A DNA stretch of 64,000 nt, taken from the NCBI GenBank assembly GCA_965655095.1, contig OZ296648.1:25482001-25546000 (forward strand). The letters are read 5' to 3'. This DNA is from Haplodiscus bocki (lineage: Eukaryota). The notes beneath the pieces were generated by a model that worked only from the letters and a program-made list of their open reading frames with translations, was not told where the DNA came from and did no database searches. This document shows positions 13,990 through 24,929 of this stretch, one piece after another. The translations under genes and the position numbers were made by a program. Numbering within the stretch: position 1 is the stretch's first letter; every line of letters starts with the position of its first letter.

Positions 13990-15650
13990 CCGGCGAATAT
14001 TTTAGTTTGGATGCAGTTACTGCTATGACTTGATGCTATGTAACAAGCTTAAAATTTTTAAAAACGTCAATTAGATTATTAAAAAACGAACAATTACTTC
14101 GTATGGACTGCACCTTTGCAATGAATTTTTCGAAACGTTACTCGTTGAAAATTGTTTGAAATTGCTGAAATATTTTTACTTTTCAAAAAGAAAGAACTCA
14201 TTTAAATCTTGAACTCCAGGAATATTTGTCGGTGCTTTAAGACATGAAAAGCTGCATGAATCGTGTATAATCCGGAAACCTTGGGATTGGACTGTAGTGG
14301 TGCTGGCATCATCTGCTTGTAGTGCTGCTTGAGAAAACGGTACTTGTTGCGTCTAGGGGATTCTGCAAATTACATTTCATGACGAAACTTAGCAATCATT
14401 ATTCAATGCTCACACTGCATGTTGCTGGGTTGCGTGTTAAGAATGGTAATTGTGTCACTGCCAAGAGTCGGAAGGTAGTCAGAGCGGACTGACCCAGAGT
14501 GTCGTTACATTAGGAGAGGGAAACGATTGAATAGTTGCTGGTGAAGAACGAAATTCATTTTAGGTATTCTTTCCAGCAACTCCAATATTGTCAACGGCAG
14601 CCGAAGACATTCCTTCTGCGAATCGAATGTGTTCTAGAGGAAAAGTAAAGTTTTTGTGCTTTGGAGGAAATATCCCATTTTATTGAGAATTGTAAATGAC
14701 AAGGGCCAAATATTGATTTTTTTTTTGTAGTGACGGTTAAACACAGATCAAAATCATTCAGGTTATACCTTTTAATTTTTTTTGAAAGGCCATTTTTGAA
14801 CTTCATAATGGTCATAAGATTTTCATAATGGTTGTGGAAAATATTGTTGCTCGATGTTGTTCTATACTTTACTGATTCTTTAACATTAAGTAAATCGAAA
14901 AATGTTCTCACTAAACCAATATCAACATCCGTAGACTGAGCAAGTTACTGGAAATGCTTGTTTCCAGCAGCAATTTGGTCGTTCACTTCAATACCTCATG
15001 TGTTTTCTCTTTGCAGATTTCTGGTCCCAAATGAGATTACTAGATTCTTTGATAGTTTTCGTTAGCCGTTTAATAGCATTTTTTGATTTTCGTATACTTA
15101 GTGTTTTCTCCTAATCAGAACTTTTTTTGGAGTTTATATTTTTGTATTTGAATGTTATTGATCATTTCATTTACTTCTTTAGTTTCCCAGCGAAAATCTT
15201 GCTTCCCAGTTTTTCCTTGATATTTCTCCTTTTAAATGTTGCTCTGTCTTATTTTATGTATTTTTTCGAGTTCGTCTTTTGTTAACGGTATTCATGTTTT
15301 CTATTCACAAGTCTTTTTTATGAGTATTTTTTTACAGTGTTTTCTAATTAGGTATTTCTTAGCACTCATAATTTTATGTTGATGGTTTTTTTTCGAAATA
15401 GAGGCCCTCACTGTGATTAACAAATTTTAGTGACATCGGGTACGATTGATGCAGTTAAGAAAGTTTTTTGTTGCAGCCGCCCCATTATTTGCTGCAACGT
15501 CTAGTGCACTTTTGGCGTGCGCGATTGAGTTATTTCCTACACTTTTAGCTGCCTCCCCAAGTTGTGTAAAAAATTTGCATGTCCTTCAGCTTCCATTGGT
15601 TGATCAGAGACAATTTTCGATTCATTTGTCTTTCACTTTGACAACCCTGT
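13990..15650 (-). mobile_element. Decayed Maverick/Polinton-like segment (protease plus small ORF remnants)
   Basis: Contains the protease remnant and AT-rich, Lys-rich broken ORFs on the same strand; interrupted at 15650 by the LTR element. Confidence 0.5.
14170..14560 (-). pseudogene. Maverick/Polinton adenain-type cysteine protease remnant
   Basis: Minus strand: DYLPTLGSDTITILNTQPSNMQCEH*IMIAKFRHEM*FAESP...PLQSNPKVSGLYTIHAAFH. This fits the adenain pattern IxNT...GEHW...YFDSxG...Q...CG, with W changed to stop and the catalytic C to S. Confidence 0.65.
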
Positions 15651-16151
15651 TGTAAACCGGGGGTTTATGCTAGCTTTCTCTTTTGCGCATAAGTCTCAAA
15701 ACAGTTTTTGAAAAGAATTTTTTTAAAAAAATAGGTCTCTTACAAATGTTGGAAAATTCTAAGTCGTGAGCTTTTCTGACTTAGCTGTTTTATAAATAAG
15801 TCTTGAAAATTCAAGACGCTTTGTCAAGTGCTTTTCATAGGGGCGTTTTTACAGAGAGCAAAGGAAAGAAGAGAAATGAAGAACTATTGCCTCCTTTACG
15901 TTCCGCATTGGATTGTTGTTGTTAATGTTAGCGTATTTTCTCTCTAGCGCAGGACAGTTGTTCTGTCACGTGATTTTCCCTTAGTGGCTGAGCGTTAAGG
16001 GAATCGTCTTTTGCATTTTTCTGTAAGCGCGTTGCTGTCTGTTCAGAAAATATAAACGCTCGAATAATTGCTTCATCGTGTCGCGTGTCTCTCTGAGTCA
16101 ATTTCGCTTGATAGTCTCCGAACTAAATTAAATAGGTAGCCCATTGCTACA
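15651..16151 (-). repeat. 3' LTR (about 500 bp)
   Basis: Begins TGTAAACCGGGGGTTTATGCTAG and ends CATTGCTACA on the + strand; collinear with 22234-22739, with substitutions and small indels. Confidence 0.9.
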
Positions 16152-16360
16152 ACTCACCCCTGTGGATAGAGAAGACTGCATTAGTCGTAATACTCGTCAA
16201 CTAGTATCCGTCGATAAAGTATAAAGTGTTAAGGGTTTCATAAATCATACAAATCAATTTTATTGGTTGAAGAAAGCTTTAAGTTTAATGAAGAGAAAGT
16301 TGATAAACAGGAAATTTTACGGGTTATGAAATGTTTGAAGTAAGAGGTTGAAAGTTGTAT

Positions 16361-18033
16361 TTATTCTAGGCGCGTTTCAGTTATTCTGTCCAGTAGGGAC
16401 ATTTTTCGGGTTAATTGGCCAAAGGAGACGGGTAAATTTTCCCTTCCATTGGGGTCCTTTTCAAAGTTATTTGCAATGGGGTAGTAGATGGTTGATAAAC
16501 GGTTTTTGATGTTACCGCGTTTCACATTGGAAATGGAATACTTTTGTAGTCTTTCCAACCCCATTGATTGGCGTGATTCAAACGTGCATGCAAACGTTTC
16601 TCCAGTTTTTCGTACTGCTTGTCATCTGCAGCGTGAATTAGTTGAATTGCTTCTGTGCGTTGGATATCGATTTCAACTCTCATAACTTGGAGTTGTTTTA
16701 TAAGTGTTTCGCCTTCAGATTTGTCTTTGATCTGATTCGGCTTTGTGGTTAGAGATTCTTGGAATCTCTTATTGGCGAGATCATTTTCGTCCAAATTTTG
16801 TTTAAACAGAATATTGATTTTATATGCTTCTAGCAGCTCTGATTGACGTGACTCCGCTTTGGAGGTCGCTTCCTGGAGTTTTTGTGTAATTTCTTTGTTC
16901 TCTTAGAAGAAATCAGAAGTCACTCTCTCCGAAATCACGAGTTTTGATTCGGCGCGATCAGCGTTAGCTTTAGCATTCGCTCGTGATCTATTAGCGCAAT
17001 GGAGAGAGCCTTTAAGTTATTGAGTTCAATCAACAGGTTTTTGTTCTGTTGTTCCAATTCGGCAATTGCGAATTCGGTACTCCACAATGATGCAGTCAAT
17101 TGGGAATCGGTTGACTTTTGTTTCGGTTTGAATTCCACTCGATACTGTTTCGAATGAATTGGATCGGTTTTTGATTGAATTGGAAGTATTTGGTGTTTTA
17201 CATTTCAGATCTATCTGACTGTATTCGGTTTGAATTCAAATCGATACTGTTTCGATTGAATCGGATCATTTCATGATTGAATTGGAAGTATTTGGTGTAT
17301 TACATTTCAGATCTATCTGACTGGATGAAGTACTTGGCAGGTATGATGATGCAGAGGGGCTGTTGAAGACTGGTTTGGGGTCGTCCGGGAATGCAGTGAC
17401 GACCCCAAAAAGAGCTTTCATAAGGGAGTTTAGGTCATGGTTGTAAATAACGTACTTTCTTTCGTCAGGAATCCTGTCCTTTGGTCTCCATTGGTTAAGG
17501 TCTTTAGGGAGGTTCACTGTTAGAGAAGGACTTCGATTGGCCGGTATTACAACAGAGCAATTCGATTTTTTATTGAATAGTCCAACTTCTCCAATACTTC
17601 TTTGCAAAGACCATTCATTGCAATCTCTACGAATCCCGTATTTGAGAAACGTAATATATTGTTGATCCTCGGTGTCAATATTTAATTCCCGGTGTCTTTG
17701 GATATCCAATCTCTCTTTGAGACTTGGAAATGATATTTTTTTGGAAGACCATCATTTAAACGTGAGGAAAAACGTGAAGGTCCTTTTCCATCATCGAGTC
17801 TCATTGACAAACGATGAGAGGGATTGAAGTCGTTGCTAAGTCTTATTGACTTATCAGTAACTACGTTTTGAACTGATCCAGCAGCAGTTCGTTTCCAGCA
17901 GCAGAGTTCTTATAGATTTCTTCTGCTTTTTGGTTAATTCGGCGGGCTTTTCGCGATATGAAGGTAACATTAGGGGTTTCAAGTCGTTGAGAATGAATCC
18001 TTCAGCTTCGAATAAATCAACCGAGTCAGACAT
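16361..18033 (-). pseudogene. ORF4 of the LTR element: unknown accessory protein (about 550 codons) with a coiled-coil C-terminal half, disrupted
   Basis: Abutting minus-strand ORF fragments 17854-18039, 17266-17709, 16935-17138, 16522-16794 and 16361-16564; ATG at 18033 preceded by a TTTCAG acceptor; heptad-like segments (AIAELEQQNKNLLIELNNLK). Confidence 0.65.
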
Positions 18034-18212
18034 AATCAAAGTTCTGAAAGTAATTCAAAAAACGTGGATAAACGAAAATTAAGAAAGATACTTTGTAGAG
18101 AAAAATAGACGACTAAAACTATTTAACCAAGCGAGTAAGTATGTGTTTTTTTTTCTGGTTTTTGAGTTTTTTTTTCTACTTTGGAGTTTTCTCTGTTTAA
18201 TTACTAGAAAAT

Positions 18213-20572
18213 TTATGGAGGGGGTAATGGAGCATTTCCACAACTGTTCGGAGCGTTTCCGTTAAAAGTTTTACGGGCATTTTTCTTAATACTAATTTTC
18301 AAAAAAGTATTTGAAGTACTGGGAGCATTTCCGTTAATACTAATATTCAAAAGAGTGCTTGAAGTACTTGGAGCATTTCCGTGAGTACTTGCATTAAAAT
18401 TGGGAGGAACATGACCCAGCGGATAAACCACATTAGGATCATTTCCTAGAGGTTCAGATAAGTTTGAACTAGTCGGCATTAGATTGTTCACAATTTGTAG
18501 CTGTGGGTAAAACGGAGTTGGATTTTTTCCGTACATTGGTGCAGCTAAGGTTTCCTTACCTGTAACGTTCTGCATACGAAGATTACCAATATTTTTGTTC
18601 TCATCAGTTTCGTACATTCGAGTCTGTAGTTAGAGAACGAACAGATGAAATGTCGCACCTCGCGTAGTTCTGACAAAACCAAAAGTGGCACCAGATAATT
18701 TTCGAATTTCAAGTCCTCGAGTGACCATAACAACAACGTCAATAATAAACTTTACCAGAAGGAAACAAGCAAAAAAGTTTCCCAAACATTGAATATAATA
18801 TCCCAAAAGACCAAGTTTCTTTAAACTTGTCGATGAAACAGTAAGGTGTCGGTAAATAATCTATCAAAAGTCTATCATCTAGACTCAAAAGGCGTTCTGA
18901 GTTGCCAGGATCGGAAATTCGGACTGTGTTGCCTGGTGTCAGAATGGTCCTTGTGAGTTTCTTTAGGACAGTGTCGGGAGCTGAATCATGGATGATATTA
19001 TCACAGAATTTTTTCATTTGCTTGGGAGTATAAATTCCAGCACGCCTAGTGTTGAAAGTAGGAAACTGAGTAATATGTCTAAGTTCAGTGGGCTTGAAGA
19101 ACAAAGGTTTATTGAAAGGCATGGGATCAGGCAAAAGTTGATACCAGGACTTTTCCTTGTCGAGATCAAGTTGAAACACAGTAGTGTAATCACCCAAACA
19201 GGGTATCGTGGATTCGAAGTCATAAGTCTGACAGGTGATAGGATCTATAAATTTAATCATAACTTTCTTCCAGCAATCTTAGAGGCGACAAAATTTTAGG
19301 ACAACGATACAACCAAGCGACACTTCCATGGGCGTCTAAAAACATAGACCTGTTCCCAGTTAGCATATAACCGGCAAACCTTGTATTTTGCTTTGCTAAC
19401 ATTAAGATTGTTAACATTTGAGTATGGTCAAGTTCGCATTGATTTTGCAAGAGCGTCATTTCTGAATGTCTCAGTTGCTTGGTGTTGAAATAAATCATGT
19501 ATAGTCCAATTTTGTTCTCAAGTGGATTTACTATTCAATTTCGTCCGCGCCGATAGGACGCCAAGGTTTTGCGCCATCCCATTTGCGGTTTACTTCGCTA
19601 AAACTTAAAGACGTATGAGAAACCTGGCTAGTGTTGTCGATCGAAAACTAATATGCGTTAGATGAATATTCTTTTGCTTGTAATTCTCCACCTGTCATTG
19701 CGAAACCTCCTTGTAAATCAGACTTTCGAAAATTGTTTTGTTTAATCTTTCATGTTATCCACATAGCTCATAGCTTTCAGGGAAAACTTTAAGTTTTATG
19801 TTCATTCCTTTTCCAGTGTCGTTGAATTCACTAAAGAAGGAGAATTGATTTTCCTTTTGATCCGTTGTCAAAGGATAGTGCAACATTTTTGCATCTTGTG
19901 AGAATTTTTGTCATCACACATTTTCTGGAGTATCCCAGGTATATGCAAATGAATCGAGAGTAGTGGTCTTGCAGCCACCGTTTCTTCCTATCCCCATTGG
20001 AAACCTCTGGTCCCGTAACTATAGGTTAGGTTGACACGTTGCATTAACGTGTCAAAAGTGTAATGTTTGTTTTGGCAGCTAGTACATTCAATTGTTGAGC
20101 TAACGGCTACGAATTGTGCCTACATCAACTTCATTGGTAACATCAAAATTTTCATCAAATGATGTAATTTTGATATTTTTTTGGATTTCGACGCAAGTCT
20201 ACACATTTCAGGTGTGACTATCATGTCATAAGTGATGCTCTTTTGGTCAGGCACGTATGACGTATGAGAGAACATTCCACATTTCTATCGGAAAACATGG
20301 ACCTGGAAGGAACACATTGTTGCTGACAAGTCGGTGCAATAGTTTTCCTGGTAGAGAGTAATAGTAGCTGGAGCGATATACAAGTTTTCAGGTGAAATTT
20401 TGCATTCAGATACTTTGTTTAATGAGTACATTCGAGTGTCCTGAATTTTGGTACAATCGTAATGTGGAACATTTAACTCTTGCGACACACTGTCTATGTT
20501 ATCAACTTCAAGAGTAATAGTTGGGAAAGTAGAAAGAAAAATTAAAAAGACTAGTAAATTTTTATGCGTCAT
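18213..20572 (-). pseudogene. env: Envelope glycoprotein, chuvirus G / class III (gB-type) fusogen-like, disrupted
   Basis: Signal peptide MTHKNLLVFLIFLSTF; motifs HYDC...MYSLNKVSEC...LYQ...C...FR*KCGMFSHTS, QCELDHTQMLTILMLA...GSVAWLYRCP, FIDPIT...IPC, WYQL...AGIYTPKQMKKF. These follow the chuvirus-G pattern (YDC..SLLDVGEC..CGMHSH..KCxLER..GEV..KC..F.TP..C..WY..SGIY). Hydrophobic segment at about 18800-18650, then a Pro/Asn-rich tail. Confidence 0.8.
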
Positions 20573-21149
20573 TGCTGATTTAAGAAAAATGCAAAAACAC
20601 TAGATCTTGTGATTGCACAAAAACACCAGATGTTGTAGTCGTACAGAAACACCAGATGTTGTGGTTAAATAGATGAATTTATAATTAATGCAATTTGTTT
20701 GGAATGACTTGGCTAGTTTTTTTGAGTATTTATGTGATTAATAGAGAAAGTGGTAGAAAATTAGTAAGAATGAAAGATGAATGAAAGTTTAGAAGTATGG
20801 CTTTCCGTACGACTCGCGAGGAATATTTCGTAAATTTCCTGCGTTTCTTGAGCATGGATTAGTGCCAGTACTGGTTGCCTGAAAGTTATTAGGATTAATA
20901 TTAGAAGTGCAAGGTGAAAGACTAGATGTGGTCGGCTGGCTAGTTATACTGGTGATTCCGGTTAAAACGGAAGAGGGGTATGAGGAAGTGATTGCGGAAT
21001 ACCAGAATCAGGTGAAATCGCTTAAAGGTTCGGTGTCGATTGGAAACTGTTGTCTTTAACAGGCGATTCAAAACTCGTGTCCATTCGTGACAGTCCACAT
21101 GTGTCAGGAAAAGTCGGTAAATGATCGTGTATATGTTGTCTTTCAACCA

Positions 21150-21412
21150 ATGTGTTTTACTCGCGTTCCATGTTTTAGTAGCTTGTAGTGAGTTAAACCA
21201 TTCGGCGACTGATTCTCTTGAGACGGACCCGAAAAGAGCTTTCCTTCGGTCGTCATGTACGGTTTGTATGTTATTTTCATTTGCTGTAGGTCTACCGCCT
21301 AAAGAGAAACCTATTTTTTTTCTAACAAAGGAATGAACGTTGGGTCTTCACTTGAGTCAATCCCGATCAATTTTTCTAATGCTAAATCTGGATATGCCAC
21401 AGTGTTCGCCAT
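21150..21412 (-). pseudogene. gag: N-terminal gag remnant joined directly to the integrase C-terminal tail
   Basis: MANTVAYPDLALEKLIGIDSSEDP / LEKKIGFSLG...RRKALFGSVSRESVAEWFNSLQATKTW (retrotransposon-gag-like A.EWF.SL...W). A Pro/Ser-rich tail ending NLRNIPRESYGKPYF* follows immediately, typical of pol ends. Confidence 0.65.
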
Positions 21413-22233
21413 TTTCTATTTATTAAATTCTATTGTTCCAGTTTTGTGCTCACGTTGTGCTCTTTGCACTTCAAGTTGCTTTAACTTGATTTTACTTTCT
21501 TGTTTATCGGTTAATCACGTGATTCTGTTATTTCGTTTTGCAATAACAGTGAAAATTTTGCGTACACTCTTACACGGACAAAAATGTTTCACTTAAATTG
21601 GTTTTGTTTGTTTGGGTTAGATCCAATTTTTGAGTATCGGAGTTTCTTTGCTCCTCTGCAAAAAGAAATTTCAGTGTTGGAGTTTCTTTTCTCCTTCACA
21701 AATTGAAATTTTTCTGTCGGAATTTCTTTGCTCCTTCACAATCAATCTTAAAAACAGTAAATTTGGACGGTTCTGCGTATTTAAGCCTTAACACTTGAGT
21801 AACTCCAAGGCAGCAGTTGAGGTGACTTTGAGCTTTCCAACTTCTTGGTAAAACCTCAGGGGTCGTGCAGTTCATGATTCACTCTTGCGAAAGAATAAAT
21901 TCTTCCACGGAATCCGCACACGCTTATACCGAAGCTAGCGTAGTGGATACAGGTTAGACTCGGGTACCAAAAGTATGTTGTGCAAATTAAGGATCACTCT
22001 TGTCGGAATAAATTCTTGCAGGGAACCATCACACGCCAATACTGAAGCTAGCGTTAGTGGATACTGTTTAGACTCAGTATCAAGAGTATGAATTTTGAAA
22101 TATTTGCTTTCATTTTTTCAATTTTGCAAGATAGAACCCACCCGGGGAAAAAGATGAAAAATTGTATCCGCGGTGTTTTCGTCATACAAATTGCGGAGTG
22201 ATTTTTGTTCTTTCCTCTGGTCGCACAAGATGT

Positions 22234-22739
22234 TGTAAACCGGGGGTTTATGCTAGATTTCTCTTTTGCCCATAAGTCTAAAAACAGTTTTTGAAAAGAA
22301 TTATTTTTTAAAAAAGTCTTTAACAAATGTTGGAAAATTCTTAGTCATGAGCCTTTTTGACTTAGCGGTTTTATAAATAAATCTTAGTGAAAATTCAAGA
22401 CGCTTTGTCAAGTGAATTTCATAGGGGTGTTTTTAGAGAGAGCAAAAGAAAGTAGAGAAAAGAAGAACTATTGCCTCCTTTACGTTCCGCCTTGGATGGT
22501 TGTTTCGATTAGATTATTTTCTATCTAGCTCAGGACAGTTGTTCTGTCACGCGGCTTATCCTCATTGGCTGAGCGTTAAAAGAATCGTCTTTTGCAATTT
22601 TATACGAGCGCGTTGCTATGCGCTTAGACAATCTAAATGCTCGGGTAATTGCTTTTCGGATATTTTATCTGTCTGAGTTAATTTCCCTGGATAATCTCCA
22701 CTAGGAGTGAACTAAATTAGACGGTAGCGCATTGCTGCA
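22234..22739 (-). repeat. 5' LTR (about 505 bp)
   Basis: Begins TGTAAACCGGGGGTTTATGCTAG and ends CATTGCTGCA on the + strand; a possible degenerate primer-binding site (TTGTGCGACCAG) follows it on the minus strand. Confidence 0.9.
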
Positions 22740-24430
22740 CCTCTCAACAAATTGTCGGATGAGCTTTTCGGATGTGTAGACCACCATAATTGTTGTTGGT
22801 GCCAAAATGAGCTTTTAATTTTAGATCAATTTCATCAGTACTGTTACTTTGATTGATTTTTCTCTTTTATGCCCTCCTGCAGAGTTTTCTTTTTCGCGAA
22901 ATTTTTTTCCTTTGTAAGTCCGTAGTTTCCGTATTCTGTTTGTGTAGTTGTTCTTTGCTTGTATCAAATGTACTATAGATTTCGTTGGGGGACATCCGCT
23001 AGCTCGAAATATTACTCGTCTCTTTATAAAACCCATTGTTTATTTTTTGGATGGATGTTAACTAATCCTGAATTTATTGAAAGCTTGTGGCCTCTCTTAT
23101 CATCCCTTTTAGGTATCGCTAATTCATTGAGAACGTCGTTGTTTCCGCTTCAAAGTCATCCATACTTGTTTTTAGATAGGTTTTCTCATGTCTCCTGCAG
23201 AGTTTTCTTATTTCGCGAAACTTAATAATGCCTATAACTCATAAGTAAGTTGTGATTCATGAGTTGTTGTAAAGATCCAGTGAATTAAACTTGTATCTGT
23301 TACGATTTTCTTTAAAGAGTTGTTTGTTCTCAGGTGTTTTATGTGTTTTTAATATTCGTTAATTTATAAGCTTCTGGTTTTGAGAATTTTGCTTAATACG
23401 GCGAAATAGATGAAGGCGTCGTTTCCGCAGCTGATTGTTCTGCTGTTGACCGTTCTGTTTCCAATGCTTCTGGTATTCCATAAATTTCTATGTCATCAAA
23501 TATTAGTTGACATTCTTCTGTAAGCTAACTTTAAACTCAATAATTCTCATATATTTTTTTCTTCTTTTCCCAGCCAATTTGTAATCATTTAGCCTTGAAA
23601 GAATGGTAAGTAGGTTCTGCTTTTCTTCTTTCCGATGATTGATGGTCTTCTGATATTGATCACCTTTGAGGGGGTCACTTCCAGCTAAAACTTAAGCTTT
23701 TTTCTCTTTTATAGGCAACTGCTATGCTATCTCCACAAAGTCACGTTTTTTTTTCGCGAAATATTGTGGTGCAGTATAATGAGTGGGTTGATTTTTGTGG
23801 GTTTTTCTCAACTGTGTTTCGTACCTTGAGGCTTGCTACTTCCATCATTATTGGCTCGAAATTATCTGCCAGAATATCAAAACTATATGAAGCTTCTGTT
23901 TCTTTTCGCGTGCTTTGGAATGATTGTGTTATAAAATCTTTTTCATTTGACTTTGAAATTTGGGAAAGTAAGCATCTTCATCATTCGGAGGGAAGAATGG
24001 AGTTTTCTTTTGTAGCAAAGTTTTCCTATTTGTAAAAATCGCTTTGGTTTTTTGCGCACACTTTATCATCTTCTGTCTTAGTCCCTTGTTTCTATTCTCT
24101 GAATTAGTAGTTTTTCCATGCTTGTTTTTCAAATACTGTAAAAATGTAGTCGAGCACAACTGTTTGCCCAAATCATTACCGACATGTGTATAAAACCCAT
24201 AGTTTTTAAATTGTTGGAGGTTTGTTAACTATTCCTCAACTGATTGGAAACTTGTGGCCTGTCTTTTGCTCTCTTTCTGGTAGTCTTGATTGATTGATAA
24301 CGTCGTTAATTTTGATTGAAACTCGTAAATACTTGTTATATTGATAGGTTTTTCCGTTTTATGCCATCCTGCAGAGTTTTTTTATTTCGCGAAACCTGAT
24401 AACGCATTTATTATTTTCCGTCGAAAAATT
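22740..24430 (-). mobile_element. Continuation of the decayed Maverick-like/AT-rich element flanking the LTR insertion
   Basis: Broken Lys-rich minus-strand ORFs; internally repeated motifs (22860-23225 vs 24230-24400); segment duplicated at 27305-27606. Confidence 0.35.
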
Positions 24431-24929
24431 TTTTTCGAAAGGAAAATATTTAATTCAGTAGTCGGCGTTATTTCCTTTTCCTGAAATTGGCCATAACGTG
24501 CAGAGCCGTTAGTACTTCGAATAAAGGAAATGTGGTGGCGTCAACGGGGTAGGGAAGACAAAGGTGGCGTGTTCGAATCCCCTGATACGCCATATTTTTA
24601 ACCTATTTTTAGATACTCGTAAACACATTCTTATTTTTTAATACCAAAAAAAAACAGGGCTTTTTCGACAAAATTTAGAGTTTTTTGTTAAGTGGGCTCT
24701 GTTTTTCTCAAAAATTATCCATTTTCTGACCTAACTGAAGCACATCGGCATTTCTAAATATTTTTCAAAAAATTGACAAAAAATTTTGATTTTGAAAAAG
24801 CCGAGAAAAAAATGTAAAATTCAAAAAAGTTCAAAAATCGGTAAGAAAATTTAAATGGAAATGCAAAAATTTGAACATTTTTTTTCAGTTTTTGGGTATA
24901 AGTTTTTTTCCATGCCGTAGTTTCTCCGA

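Larger units (their letters stand above)
15651..22739 (-). mobile_element. Env-bearing LTR retrotransposon (endogenous retrovirus-like), pol deleted: LTR-gag'-(delta pol)-env-ORF4-LTR
   Basis: Direct repeats 15651-16151 and 22234-22739 with TG...CA ends; imperfect 5-bp TSD CCTGT/CCTCT; purine-rich tract AGGGGTGAG just before the 3' LTR on the minus strand; all internal ORF remnants on the minus strand. Confidence 0.9.

Noticed and set aside
24540-24592. tRNA-like sequence with GTTCGAATCCC
   Set aside because: Only a T-arm-like motif is present; no cloverleaf or A box, so a decayed tRNA-derived repeat.
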